A stretch of DNA of 64,000 nucleotides from Sulfolobaceae archaeon (lineage in GTDB: Archaea > Thermoproteota > Thermoprotei_A > Sulfolobales > Sulfolobaceae): the NCBI GenBank assembly GCA_038893355.1, contig JAWARQ010000001.1:192001-256000 (forward strand), read 5' to 3'. Of this stretch, positions 20,936 through 33,822 are shown piece by piece (the stretch's first letter is position 1; every line of letters starts with the position of its first letter). Below the pieces are notes generated by a model that was not told where the DNA came from, did no database searches, and saw only the letters and a list, made by a program, of their open reading frames with translations. Position numbers and translations under genes: made by a program.

Positions 20936-21767
20936 AATTATAAGTAGCATTCTTTGTAAGGCAAGTATTGATGAGGCTTATGTGTTTAAGCCAGGCAATG
21001 CTTCACGAGATCAAGATATAGAAAGTGTGAGATTTAAAGATATAATTGAAAGCGCTTTACTTCTTAAGACAACATATTATACTTCGTGTAAAAGGGGTAT
21101 AAACAATTCTAGGCCAATCTTTGATCTTTTGTATAATACTGTAATTATAAGCCTTAGGATTGGTATTAGATTTTCATTATTTGGTACTTCAATACTCCTC
21201 TTACCCATAGCATACTTATCTGCAAATGCGAGTAGTATATGGAATTTACTTGAGTTGCTTAAAAAAAATTTTAACAGTCTAGACGAAGTTGAAGGTGAAT
21301 GGTTTATTAAGACACTAAGATTACTCAATCCAAGCTACTTAGGAAAATTAGAAGGTAAGATGGATTATAGGAATATGAGTAAGGTTAAGTTAAGTGAGAT
21401 TCTAGAATATTCTGCGAGAGTTGATAGCGTATCAAGAAATGTAGTACTAGGTTATCCTTTTTCCTTGAAAGTGTATAAGATATTGAAGGAGGGAAGATGT
21501 GGAAGCTTTGAGAGTGATGTACAAAGAGCGTATATTAGTCTATTAAAAGAAATCCCGGATGGGTTAATATATAGAAAGCATGGAGCTAGGGCAGCAATTA
21601 ATGTCGCGAAATATGCTAGAAATATTTCTGAATGCCCTAGTGAGGCAGAGCTTAAGGAATTTAATAAATATCTTTTATCAAATAAGTTCAACCCTGGCTC
21701 TACTGCAGATTTAGTGGCTTCTGGGATAGCGTTATTTTATCTCGAGAGGTACTTTTATCTCAAATGA
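20871..21767 (+). CDS. CitG/MdcB-like triphosphoribosyl-dephospho-CoA synthase family protein
   Basis: EAYVFKPGNASR, PDGLIYRKHG and NPGSTADLVA motifs; exact start uncertain. Confidence 0.85.
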   Translation: MRMRRLSLSEIEKLEDLSDPCEIISSILCKASIDEAYVFKPGNASRDQDIESVRFKDIIESALLLKTTYYTSCKRGINNSRPIFDLLYNTVIISLRIGIRFSLFGTSILLLPIAYLSANASSIWNLLELLKKNFNSLDEVEGEWFIKTLRLLNPSYLGKLEGKMDYRNMSKVKLSEILEYSARVDSVSRNVVLGYPFSLKVYKILKEGRCGSFESDVQRAYISLLKEIPDGLIYRKHGARAAINVAKYARNISECPSEAELKEFNKYLLSNKFNPGSTADLVASGIALFYLERYFYLK

Positions 21768-22249
21768 AGCTATTGTTAATTTCTGGCGTGGAGTGTTATA
21801 ATAGACTTCTTGATTGGATAAATTCTCAAACACGAGATTTTAATTATATTATAGGGCTAGGAGATGTCGAATGCCCACAATATATTAATAATTTTTATGG
21901 TATAATTGGTGAGATAGAAAGCGTATTTGTTTTTAAATGGTTAAAAAATAATGGAAGATTATTATATAGGTTAAATAATATTTCTACGGACTTTTCTACT
22001 GAAATTGTAGTAACACACTATCCTCCTAGCAATTTAGGGAAAGTACTTAGATTTGATATAGGTTCGAATGAAGTTTATAAAAAAATGATTTTATATAAGC
22101 CGAAAATTCTTATTCATGGTCATTCTGAGAATGTAGGAATTTCAGAAGTAGAAGGGACTCAAGTTATTTCTATAGGTTTACTAAGAGATGGTAATTATGC
22201 AGTATACGAAAATGGAAAGATATTTTTTAAGCATGTTAGAATTTATTAA
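21764..22249 (+). CDS. Degenerate calcineurin-like metallophosphoesterase
   Basis: GLGD, VTHYPP and IHGH present; DxH and GNH motifs altered. Confidence 0.7.
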   Translation: MKLLLISGVECYNRLLDWINSQTRDFNYIIGLGDVECPQYINNFYGIIGEIESVFVFKWLKNNGRLLYRLNNISTDFSTEIVVTHYPPSNLGKVLRFDIGSNEVYKKMILYKPKILIHGHSENVGISEVEGTQVISIGLLRDGNYAVYENGKIFFKHVRIY

Positions 22250-22444
22250 AATATACTATAATAATTTTTTAAAAATTATATAGCTTTATATTAATTTTTA
22301 CTAATATAATAGTTTTTTTATTATATATTATTTAATAAATTATAAATTTCTAAATATATTTTTTGCTAGATATAAATTATTTTATCAATTGAGTTAATTA
22401 TATGAAACACTTTTATACTGTATTGATAATTATTCTATTAGGGA

Positions 22445-22780
22445 ATGTCTAAAGTAAGAGCTTCAATTCAATTTAGTTGTGATAAATATAAGATAATTAC
22501 AAATATCCTTAACGTACCGAAATCGGTAGGAAGAATAGAGGGGAATAAATTACTATTAAACTTCGATAATAATTCTTATTTATTAAGTATTTATGCTGAG
22601 TACAATTATATTATATTTAATTCAGAGGGTGAAAAGTCAAGATTATTATTAGAATTTAAGGTGGCAATGAATACCGTGGATATTAACGTGCAATATGAGG
22701 GTAGAGGTAAATTGTCTAATTATAGAAATTTAAAAGATTTTTTAGATGAAATAATCATAAAAATTCTTCAAAACTGTTAA
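22445..22780 (+). CDS. Hypothetical protein (START/SRPBCC-like?)
   Basis: Intact 111-aa ORF with a TTTATA box upstream; beta-rich core and C-terminal helix. Confidence 0.55.
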   Translation: MSKVRASIQFSCDKYKIITNILNVPKSVGRIEGNKLLLNFDNNSYLLSIYAEYNYIIFNSEGEKSRLLLEFKVAMNTVDINVQYEGRGKLSNYRNLKDFLDEIIIKILQNC

Positions 22781-22815
22781 TAATAAGACCTCCTCTTAGT
22801 TATTATTAGTAGAAA

Positions 22816-23511
22816 ATGGAAAAGGTTATTGAGTTAATAAATGTTACAAAGATTTACAAATCGAGATCAACAGAATATATAGCACTTAGGGATATTAATC
22901 TAGAAATAGAAAAAGGAGAATTTGTAGCAATAGTTGGACCTTCTGGTTCTGGGAAGACTACTTTACTTAATATTATTGGACTTCTAGACTCTCCAACATA
23001 TGGCAAGGTAATATTAGAAGGTAAAGATGTTACAATGTTAAATGATAACGAGAAGGCAAAGCTAAGGAATAAAAAGATAGGCTTCATATTCCAAACCTAT
23101 AATCTTATTAGTTACTTAACAGTGTACGAAAACGTAGAATTACCTCTTATTATTTCAGGAGTTCCAGAAGGAGAAAGGAGAAAGATAGTTATGAATACTT
23201 TATCAAAAATCCCGGGTTTACTTGATTTAAAGAATAAAAAACCTAATCAACTTTCAGCTGGTCAACAACAAAGAGTCGCAATTGCTAGGGCACTAGTAAT
23301 GAATCCTTCAATTATACTGGCTGATGAACCTACTGCTAATTTAGACACTAAGAATGGCCAAGCTATTATTTCATTATTTAGGGAAATTAATGATAAAATG
23401 GGTGTAACTATAATAATGGCGACCCATGATCCAGAAATGTTAAAGTATTGTAAGAGAATAATAAGAATTAGAGATGGAGTAATAGAGAAGGAGGAAAAGA
23501 TTATAAAGTAA
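22816..23511 (+). CDS. ABC ATP-binding protein, LolD/MacB-like
   Basis: [33 protein letters not shown] and ATHD motifs. Confidence 0.95.
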   Translation: MEKVIELINVTKIYKSRSTEYIALRDINLEIEKGEFVAIVGPSGSGKTTLLNIIGLLDSPTYGKVILEGKDVTMLNDNEKAKLRNKKIGFIFQTYNLISYLTVYENVELPLIISGVPEGERRKIVMNTLSKIPGLLDLKNKKPNQLSAGQQQRVAIARALVMNPSIILADEPTANLDTKNGQAIISLFREINDKMGVTIIMATHDPEMLKYCKRIIRIRDGVIEKEEKIIK

Positions 23512-23561
23512 TTATTGGGGCATTTAAGTTTAAAGTCATAGAGTATAATCTTGTAATATAT

Positions 23562-26192
<2,631 letters not shown>

Positions 26193-26194
26193 CT

Positions 26195-26620
26195 TTATTC
26201 TTCTTCATTACTTTCTTTTCTTTCAGTTTCTGGGGATGTTATATCCTTTGCATACTCTTCAAGCTCTTTCTTATTATCATCATTAACATAATAAGATACT
26301 ATATAAACCTTTTTATCTATAAAATTATCATTGCTCCATTCATTTTCATAACTGATAATGTATAAAGGTAATTTTGCATGTGCAAAATTTTCATCCCTAC
26401 CTACTAAGAAATTCTTTACCGCCTCGTAAATTTCTGGTTTTAATGGTTTTGGAATTTTTACATCTTGCGTATCCTTCATGATTACAAAATCGGAAGTTGC
26501 TTCATTCCACTCTTTTAATGCTTTTGCAGCAACTTCTTTCAAAACTTCACTGAGTTTTCCTTCAACTATATTCTCAGATGTTATCCTACCATTCTCACTT
26601 TTTAGTATAATAATTTTCAT
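26195..26620 (-). CDS. Conserved crenarchaeal protein (DUF2286-like)
   Basis: ALKEWNEATSDFVIM and LPLYIISYENEW; convergent on polB1. Confidence 0.7.
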   Translation of the reverse strand: MKIIILKSENGRITSENIVEGKLSEVLKEVAAKALKEWNEATSDFVIMKDTQDVKIPKPLKPEIYEAVKNFLVGRDENFAHAKLPLYIISYENEWSNDNFIDKKVYIVSYYVNDDNKKELEEYAKDITSPETERKESNEEE

Positions 26621-27117
26621 ATCTTAGCACCCGATTTATGTTCACCTATAACATATAAATAAATTACATGACTCATATTACCCTCTTCTACTTTAACCAC
26701 TTGTTTTGGTATCCAACCCTTTATTTCGAATTCATGTGATACAATCCTAGTCCCTGGTTTTAATTCGCTTTCTAATTTTGGCTTTAACATCTCATTAACA
26801 TTACTAAGTAGAAACATAGTTACTACTGTTGCTTCGGATATCGGTACTTCAAAAAAGTTCCCTTTAAGTATTTGCGCTCTAAACTCAACTCCATTCTTTT
26901 TTATATTTTCTAAAGCTTCTCTTATTCTTTCATCACTAATCTCAATTCCTACTGCCTTCTTTGCATTAAATTTCTTTACTGCAGTTATAATTATTCTCCC
27001 ATCGCCTGCACCTAAATCATAAACAATATCTGATGGTCCCACTCCAGCTATTTCTAACATTTTTTCTACTACTTTTTCTGGAGTGGGAACATAGGGAACA
27101 TGAGGAGTTATACTCAA
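26617..27117 (-). CDS. Protein-lysine methyltransferase aKMT
   Basis: PHVPYVPTPEKVV, YDLGAGDGR, TMFLL and PGTRIVSHEF motifs. Confidence 0.92.
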   Translation of the reverse strand: MSITPHVPYVPTPEKVVEKMLEIAGVGPSDIVYDLGAGDGRIIITAVKKFNAKKAVGIEISDERIREALENIKKNGVEFRAQILKGNFFEVPISEATVVTMFLLSNVNEMLKPKLESELKPGTRIVSHEFEIKGWIPKQVVKVEEGNMSHVIYLYVIGEHKSGAKI

Positions 27118-27139
27118 TCTTCACCACTTAATAAATGCC

Positions 27140-27457
27140 TTAACTTTCTAAGTTTTTAATTTTATTCAATGCATCTTCTTTTGCTTTAATTGGATCCGGT
27201 TCCAGAGTAGTCGTATTAAATGGCATCTGAGTCAAAATTGGTAGTATTTTATTATTGCTAGTAATTGCAAATAACTGTGGTAAAAATGGCATTCCAAATT
27301 CGTCTTTTTCTCCATATTCACTTAAAAATACATAATCTTCTAATTTAATTTCTTTCTCCACATTTAATTCAATAGAAAGTTCTTCTAAGATTTTTTTAAA
27401 GTACTTGTGATTTGGATGAGACTCTGAACTAACAAGTATTAGTTTTTTTATACTCAT
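27140..27457 (-). CDS. Hypothetical protein, possible thioredoxin-like fold
   Basis: Intact ORF with EDYVFLSEYGEKDEFGMPFLPQLF; HPNH where CxxC would sit. Confidence 0.6.
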   Translation of the reverse strand: MSIKKLILVSSESHPNHKYFKKILEELSIELNVEKEIKLEDYVFLSEYGEKDEFGMPFLPQLFAITSNNKILPILTQMPFNTTTLEPDPIKAKEDALNKIKNLES

Positions 27458-27497
27458 TGAAAAGGAAAAAGTCTTATACTATAATAAATCTAGTGGT

Positions 27498-28097
27498 TTG
27501 ATGATAACAAGATTAAGAAAAATCGCTAAGAGAGTTCTTTCTCCCATAGCATTAGTTTTCATAAGGATAGGATTCTCTGCTAATCAAATAACTATTTTGG
27601 GGCTAATACTTTCATTTTTATATTTTTTGTTCTTATATTTTATAAAATTTTACATTATTTGCTTCATATTAATTCTTTTATCTGCACTTATGGATGCAAT
27701 TGATGGAGAAGTAGCTAGGATTAAGGGTACTGCAGGAGCCTTTGGAAGCTTTTTCGATTCAGTTATCGATAGGGTAGAAGATATAATTTATATTCTCCCT
27801 TTAGGCGTTTTAGGTGTTCCTTGGGAGATAGTATCTGGACTGATTGGTTCATCGTTATTAATTTCATATATAAGGGCTAAGGCAGAATCTTTAGGAATTA
27901 GAATGGAGGGAAAAGGTTTGATAGAGAGGGGAGAAAGAATAATAATTATTGCAATAGCAATACTTGTTTACTCTTATTCAAAAGTTATATTTGATATAAT
28001 ACTATATATTCTTTTATTATTATCTATATTTACAGTAATTCAAAGATTTAAGTACGTAATTAATAATATTAGGAGTAATAAAGCTGTAAGGGGTTAA
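27498..28097 (+). CDS. pgsA: CDP-alcohol phosphatidyltransferase (archaetidylinositol phosphate synthase-like)
   Basis: DAIDGEVAR-x7-GSFFDSVIDR and SYIRAKAE motifs. Confidence 0.92.
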   Translation: MMITRLRKIAKRVLSPIALVFIRIGFSANQITILGLILSFLYFLFLYFIKFYIICFILILLSALMDAIDGEVARIKGTAGAFGSFFDSVIDRVEDIIYILPLGVLGVPWEIVSGLIGSSLLISYIRAKAESLGIRMEGKGLIERGERIIIIAIAILVYSYSKVIFDIILYILLLLSIFTVIQRFKYVINNIRSNKAVRG

Positions 28098-28992
28098 TGA
28101 CATTACATTCACTTACGCACATATTCATTTTCTTCATTATCGAGCAAGAATATACGATGTACTTTCTCCTTCTAAATTCATCTATAATTTCCTCAATATT
28201 CTGAATCCCTATTCTTTCAAAAATTAATTTAATTGTATCCTTTGGATAGCCTATATTAATTAAATAAGTTATATATGTTTTTATTTCTTCCTCTGATAGG
28301 TTTTCATTACTTTCTATTTTTCTTTTTATTTCTTCCATACAAGGGGGTGTGATTTTCCTTGTCTTAATCCCTAGTTTTTCCCTTAACTCCTCTAGTTCTT
28401 TGGATGATTCTAATGGTCTAATTAACTCTTTAAGTCTTTTTATTATTACATGTTTAATTAATTCTAATAATTTTTGTCTATTTAAATAAACTTTACCTTT
28501 ATATAATATTTGATTATATAGCTTTAAATTTTCATTTTTAGTATCTTTTATGATTTTCAAATATCTTATTACGTCTAAAGAATACGGTAATGTAATTACC
28601 TTAATTCTTCTATCCTCTAAGATCTTTATATTGATACTACTTTTAGTTACTGGAACTGATAACATATTACAAAATTCTAGGATATCATCGTCACTCTCTT
28701 GTTCCAATGCTCTTATAAAATTCTCTGCCTCCACAGTTGCAAATAATTCTTTAAGTCTCTCGTTCTGTGAAAGCGAAATAATTGTTACGAGAGTATAAAA
28801 AACTAATATACTCTTATTACCGTACTCTTTATAATTCTTTAAGTTCTTATCGCCCTTTCTGATATGTTCTAGTCGTTCTTTTGCAAGCTCGATTAGTGAA
28901 GAGTTAAGTATATCTGCAAATTTTAAACTACCATACTTCTTTATCTCCTCTTCTAAGTTTTTTAAGAAAGGATATTTATATAGGTCAATCAT
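28069..28992 (-). CDS. priL: DNA primase large subunit
   Basis: KYPFL, NQILYKGKVYL, PPCM and C-terminal Cys cluster ending NPLQLYY. Confidence 0.92.
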   Translation of the reverse strand: MIDLYKYPFLKNLEEEIKKYGSLKFADILNSSLIELAKERLEHIRKGDKNLKNYKEYGNKSILVFYTLVTIISLSQNERLKELFATVEAENFIRALEQESDDDILEFCNMLSVPVTKSSINIKILEDRRIKVITLPYSLDVIRYLKIIKDTKNENLKLYNQILYKGKVYLNRQKLLELIKHVIIKRLKELIRPLESSKELEELREKLGIKTRKITPPCMEEIKRKIESNENLSEEEIKTYITYLINIGYPKDTIKLIFERIGIQNIEEIIDEFRRRKYIVYSCSIMKKMNMCVSECNVINPLQLYYS

Positions 28993-29055
28993 TTACTATA
29001 TCATTTACTATAAACATTTAATTAAAAGACTAGTCTTTATCATTTGGAGTTAGAG

Positions 29056-30771
29056 ATGAAAATACTTGTAGCATCGGCATGGCCATATGTAAATAGCGTT
29101 CCTCATCTGGGAAATCTAATAGGCTCTATGTTATCTGCGGATGTCTTTGCTAGATATGCTAGATTAAAGTACGGGAGAGAAAATGTTATATTTGTAAGTG
29201 GAAGTGACGAGCACGGTACTCCGATAGAGATCGAGGCAATAAAGAGGAAGGTAGATCCAAAACAACTTACTGACCAGGCACATGAGTATGATAAGACTCT
29301 TTTTACTAAAGTCTGGGAGATTGAAATAGATAATTATAGTAGAACTGAAAGTGAGGTACATAAGGATTTTGTTAGGAAATTCTTGCTTGATATAAAAGAT
29401 TATATAAGGGTAGAGGAGGAAGAGTTACCATACTGTGAGTATGATAAGATATTCTTACCAGATAGGTTTGTGAGGGGTCAGTGTCCATATTGCGGATTTG
29501 AAGATGCTAGAGGTGATCAATGTGATAATTGTGGCAGATTACTGTCTCCAAAGATGCTCATTAATCCAAAATGTGCAATTTGTAACAATAAACCTAAATT
29601 AAGAGTTACTAAGCATTGGTTTTTCGACTTATCAAAATTTTCAGATAAAATAAGAAAATGGATAGAGGATTCACAAATGCCGGAAAATGTTAAAAATTAT
29701 ACTCTAAGCTGGATCGAAGAAGGTTTAAAACCCAGAAGTATAACTCGCGATAATAAATGGGGGATTCCAGCACCATTTGAAGGTGCAGAAGAGAAAACAA
29801 TATATGTGTGGTTTGAGGCGTTATTAGGTTATATTTCAGCTACTATTGAGTACTTTAAACTAATTGGGAAAGAAGATAAGTGGAAAGAATTTTGGTTTGG
29901 TAGTGATGTAAAATCGTACTATTTTATAGGAAAGGATAATATTCCTTTCCATACTATCATTTTACCTGCAATGTTGTTAGCTACTGGTAAGAATTATACT
30001 TTACCTACTATGGTATGTTCTACTGAATATTTACTTTACGAGGGCCAGAAATTTAGTAAGAGTAGGAAGATTGGGATTTGGATTGATGAAGCTCCGAAGA
30101 TAATGGATGTAGAATATTGGCGTTATGTATTAATAAGATTAAGGCCAGAAGAAAGGGATACTAGTTTTACATGGAGAGAAGCAATAAGAATAGTTAATAA
30201 CGAGCTCAACGATGACATAGGTAATTATGCAAATAGGGTATTAGTAATGATTAAAAGGAATTACCAAGGTAAAATACCTTCTACTAATTTACAATTACTT
30301 AAGGAAGAAGATAAGAAATTCATGGAAATTATTAAGGAAGCCCCAAAAAGGATGGGTGAATTATTTGAAAAAGGTAAATTAAAGGCTGGTAGTGAAGAAA
30401 TACTGAAAGTTGCCAGAGAAGGTAATTTATATTTAAATATTAGAAAACCTTGGGATCTTATACACACTTCACGAGAAGAGGCAGGAAATGTGTTAAATAT
30501 TGCTGCTAATTCTTTAAGAACAATCTCGATAATGTTATTCCCTATTATGCCGAGACATGCACAATTATTATATAGTATGCTAGGATTGGATGATATAGGG
30601 CAGGAAAATTGGGATTCTGCTAGCGAATTTAAACTAAAGGGCGGTGAGAGTATTGGTGAGATAAGACCGTTATTTACAAAACTTCCATTAGAGTTTGAAT
30701 CTAACATAAACGATTTATTGGAGAAGGTAAGGAAAGAAGTAGAAAAAAATAGACCTTCTTTATTGAAGTAA
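29056..30771 (+). CDS. metG: Methionyl-tRNA synthetase
   Basis: AWPYVNSVPHLGN, GSDEHG, Zn knuckles, GKDNIPFH and KFSKS. Confidence 0.98.
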   Translation: MKILVASAWPYVNSVPHLGNLIGSMLSADVFARYARLKYGRENVIFVSGSDEHGTPIEIEAIKRKVDPKQLTDQAHEYDKTLFTKVWEIEIDNYSRTESEVHKDFVRKFLLDIKDYIRVEEEELPYCEYDKIFLPDRFVRGQCPYCGFEDARGDQCDNCGRLLSPKMLINPKCAICNNKPKLRVTKHWFFDLSKFSDKIRKWIEDSQMPENVKNYTLSWIEEGLKPRSITRDNKWGIPAPFEGAEEKTIYVWFEALLGYISATIEYFKLIGKEDKWKEFWFGSDVKSYYFIGKDNIPFHTIILPAMLLATGKNYTLPTMVCSTEYLLYEGQKFSKSRKIGIWIDEAPKIMDVEYWRYVLIRLRPEERDTSFTWREAIRIVNNELNDDIGNYANRVLVMIKRNYQGKIPSTNLQLLKEEDKKFMEIIKEAPKRMGELFEKGKLKAGSEEILKVAREGNLYLNIRKPWDLIHTSREEAGNVLNIAANSLRTISIMLFPIMPRHAQLLYSMLGLDDIGQENWDSASEFKLKGGESIGEIRPLFTKLPLEFESNINDLLEKVRKEVEKNRPSLLK

Positions 30772-32877
30772 TACATATGTTTTTACTGGTTCATATTTCT
30801 TACCTCTTCCTTCATAAAACTTGCTAAACATTTCGTAAAAGTGTAGTCGCATTGTTTGTATAAATACGACCAGTCCTTCTAAAGCTGTAGTTATTAAGTT
30901 TCCTATTAACAATATGACTATTGAAGCTGGATTAGTTGCAATAGAGAGAAGATTAAATGTAGAACCTGCTGCAATAAATGCTAAATAGGAGAATGCATAT
31001 AATACGTAATAATGTGCAAGTGCGAAAACTAAGATTCTTATAAAGGATATTGTATTAGATAATAATAATATTGCAGATTCAAAAGCACCTTCTATAAATC
31101 CTACTCCAACTGCCATTCCGGTTGTCATTTTTTCATGTTTCTTCAAAAGTATAGTCTTACCTATGAAATTATATAATAAGCCGAATACTGCTAAATATAC
31201 TGTAATCATTGCAATTACATTAGTTTGATTAGATAGATCTATAGAAGTTGGTGAGAAGATTACATCTTTAATTGCACCTAATACCATAACTTCTGTGTTA
31301 AAATAATTGTTCGTGAAGAACCCATATATGAATAGTATAAATGGTGCTGTATAGATTATTAAAATAGGCAATTTCTCTAGTACTGCAACTTCAAAGTCTC
31401 TCTTTCTGGTTACGTTTATCAGTCCCAATAGCGAACTTCCAAATAATGATATGGCACCAAATAATGCTACTAGGATTATAGAATTAATAATACTTTGTTG
31501 CCCACCAAAGGGTATTATTGGCGAGAGTACTTCTCTTATACTCTCAGGAAATGGCCATATATCATGTAAGGGACCATATGGTGCTGCTGGATTATTAAGG
31601 AGTTCTCGTAAGCCACCTACTGGTAATGAACCGAAGAATTCTCCTGCAATTAGACCAGTTATTATTGCGGCAATACTGGAATATATTAAAACTATTCCCA
31701 GATTCTTATTCGCCTCACTACCTTTTCTTTTTCCATAATAGTTATAAAACCATATTGCAAAAGCTAAAAGCAATAATGCATTTCCAACATCAGGGAACAT
31801 GAGCCCAAATATTATTGGGAATGTGAATGTTAGAAAAACTTCTGGTGATATGTCCCAATATGATGGTGTTCCATATAGTTCAAGAATTGATTGTAATGGT
31901 CTTACTAATGGAGGATTAGTAACATATGTTGGCGGTTGTTCTTCTTCATACTTTTTAGGCCAAGTATAACTTACTAATATTCCTTCTCCTTCTAAAGATT
32001 TGCCAAACTTTTTATAGAACTTAAATGGTACGTATCCTTCTAGTTGTACAAAGTATTCTGATATTCTAGCTCTTGACATTAATGAAAAAGCATCCCTAAG
32101 TGTTAATAGTTTACCATAAATCTCTTTAATCTCTTCTTCTTTATCCTTGAGCTTATCAGCCAAGATTTTTCTTTCTCTTTCTAAAATTTTACCTATATTT
32201 TCTATTTTATTTTGTATTTCATAATAGATAGATTTTAGAGAACCTTTACCTTCTACTTCTAATCGCTTTAACTTAAGTTCCTTTATTATCTTTTCTGCCT
32301 CACCTTTAGGTGCAATAATAATTGTTGCATATAAATTTTGATCTTTATTATTTGTAAGTTTTTTTACTTCTATTAAGAAATTATTTCTACTTAATTTTTT
32401 ATATTGTTCTTCATTTATTATTCCTATATACATATCGAAATATTCTAAGTTATATAATTTTTCTAAACTTTCATCAATTTCTTTAAATGGTTCCAATAAT
32501 TTTAAGTTTTCCTTTAGTCTATTTTCTTCTTCTTCAAGCTGCTTAATTTCTACAAGCAAATTCTTATATTCCTCCTTTATCTTTTCACCCTCCTCATAAA
32601 CTTTCTTAGAAACTTCAAACCAACTTCCACTAAATTTCATTTTACCAGTAGGTTCTAGTGATATTCTAGCCTCCTCCATTAATTTTTTAATTATGGCAAT
32701 ATATTCACTAGTTATAGAAAGTTCACGTCTAGCTTCTTCAATTCTAGAGTTCGATATAGGGGTTTTTGGTTCATCCGGCTGGAAATACCCAAATTTCAAA
32801 ATTTTAGTTATTATTTCATTTAACTTCTCCTTAAGTCCGATTATACTTACTCTAATCATGTCCTCTGGAAATATCAA
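30760..32877 (-). CDS. atpI: A-type ATP synthase subunit I (a), divergent from the main operon
   Basis: FGLMFPDVG, SNTISFIRI and RLHFYEMFSKFYEG motifs. Confidence 0.96.
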   Translation of the reverse strand: MIFPEDMIRVSIIGLKEKLNEIITKILKFGYFQPDEPKTPISNSRIEEARRELSITSEYIAIIKKLMEEARISLEPTGKMKFSGSWFEVSKKVYEEGEKIKEEYKNLLVEIKQLEEEENRLKENLKLLEPFKEIDESLEKLYNLEYFDMYIGIINEEQYKKLSRNNFLIEVKKLTNNKDQNLYATIIIAPKGEAEKIIKELKLKRLEVEGKGSLKSIYYEIQNKIENIGKILERERKILADKLKDKEEEIKEIYGKLLTLRDAFSLMSRARISEYFVQLEGYVPFKFYKKFGKSLEGEGILVSYTWPKKYEEEQPPTYVTNPPLVRPLQSILELYGTPSYWDISPEVFLTFTFPIIFGLMFPDVGNALLLLAFAIWFYNYYGKRKGSEANKNLGIVLIYSSIAAIITGLIAGEFFGSLPVGGLRELLNNPAAPYGPLHDIWPFPESIREVLSPIIPFGGQQSIINSIILVALFGAISLFGSSLLGLINVTRKRDFEVAVLEKLPILIIYTAPFILFIYGFFTNNYFNTEVMVLGAIKDVIFSPTSIDLSNQTNVIAMITVYLAVFGLLYNFIGKTILLKKHEKMTTGMAVGVGFIEGAFESAILLLSNTISFIRILVFALAHYYVLYAFSYLAFIAAGSTFNLLSIATNPASIVILLIGNLITTALEGLVVFIQTMRLHFYEMFSKFYEGRGKKYEPVKTYVLLQ

Positions 32878-32947
32878 TTCTAGTCATGAAATTAGACAGA
32901 TTCAGAGCTAAAAAAATATAATCTAATTTAACTAGTCTAGAGTCGTA

Positions 32948-33250
32948 ATGGGAAAAGTTTTAGTTATGGGTGATAGGTATACTGTATCATTATTTAGGCT
33001 ACTAGGTACTGAGGGAAAGGTTATTGAAGATCCTCTAACGATTGAAGATCATCTAAGAGAATTAAGAAAAAGAGAAGATCTTGACGTAGTATTAATAACT
33101 AAGGACATATATGAGCCTATTAGAGAAAAGATTGATAGTTTTGTTATAGCTAATAAAAAACCTCTAATTGGAATTATCCCTTCACCTTTTTCAGAGGCGA
33201 AACCAATTGATGTAAGAAAGATAATATTAAAAGCATTGGGGTTTGGTTAA
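32948..33250 (+). CDS. atpF: A-type ATP synthase subunit F
   Basis: VMGDRYTVSLFRLLG...ILKALG. Confidence 0.92.
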   Translation: MGKVLVMGDRYTVSLFRLLGTEGKVIEDPLTIEDHLRELRKREDLDVVLITKDIYEPIREKIDSFVIANKKPLIGIIPSPFSEAKPIDVRKIILKALGFG

Positions 33251-33252
33251 AA

Positions 33253-33822
33253 ATGAGTTTAGAAAAAATTTTTGATATAATCTCTGATAGGGTAAAAAAT
33301 GAATTAAAAGAGAATTTTAATCAAGCAGTATCTGAAGTAAATAGGATCATAGAAAACGAATATTCAAGAATTCTAAATATTTATATTTCAAAAATTACAG
33401 AAATTATAAATCAAGCTAAAGAGAGAATAGAAGGGGAGAAGGCAAAACTGGATATTGAGCTTAAAAGACTCATAATGAACGAAAAGGGTATATGGCTACA
33501 ACGTGTTTATGAGGAAACTCTGAAGAACCTAGAAAATTTCTTAAGTTCAGAAAGTTATAAGAAGGGTTTAAAAAATATCTTAGAAAGAGAATCGTTAGAT
33601 AATGCAATAATTTACTGTTCTGAAAATGATGAGAAACTTGTAAAGAGCCTCGTAAGCAATAGGAATGTTAAAGTTGTAAAGGATCGTAAAATTAAGGGAG
33701 GAATAAAGATAGAGTATACTGATCAAGGACTTGTAAAGGATTATACAATAGATTTAATACTGAATCAAGTATTTGAAGCAATGAAAGGAAAAATAGCTGA
33801 AATCCTATTTGGTGGTATATAA
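33253..33822 (+). CDS. atpE: A-type ATP synthase subunit E
   Basis: Coiled-coil N-terminus, IKGGIKI, KDYTID and IAEILFG; precedes atpA. Confidence 0.9.
   Translation: MSLEKIFDIISDRVKNELKENFNQAVSEVNRIIENEYSRILNIYISKITEIINQAKERIEGEKAKLDIELKRLIMNEKGIWLQRVYEETLKNLENFLSSESYKKGLKNILERESLDNAIIYCSENDEKLVKSLVSNRNVKVVKDRKIKGGIKIEYTDQGLVKDYTIDLILNQVFEAMKGKIAEILFGGI

Noticed and set aside
22250-22444. Very AT-rich tract as a replication origin DUE
   Set aside because: No ORB repeats seen and no cdc6/whiP gene nearby.
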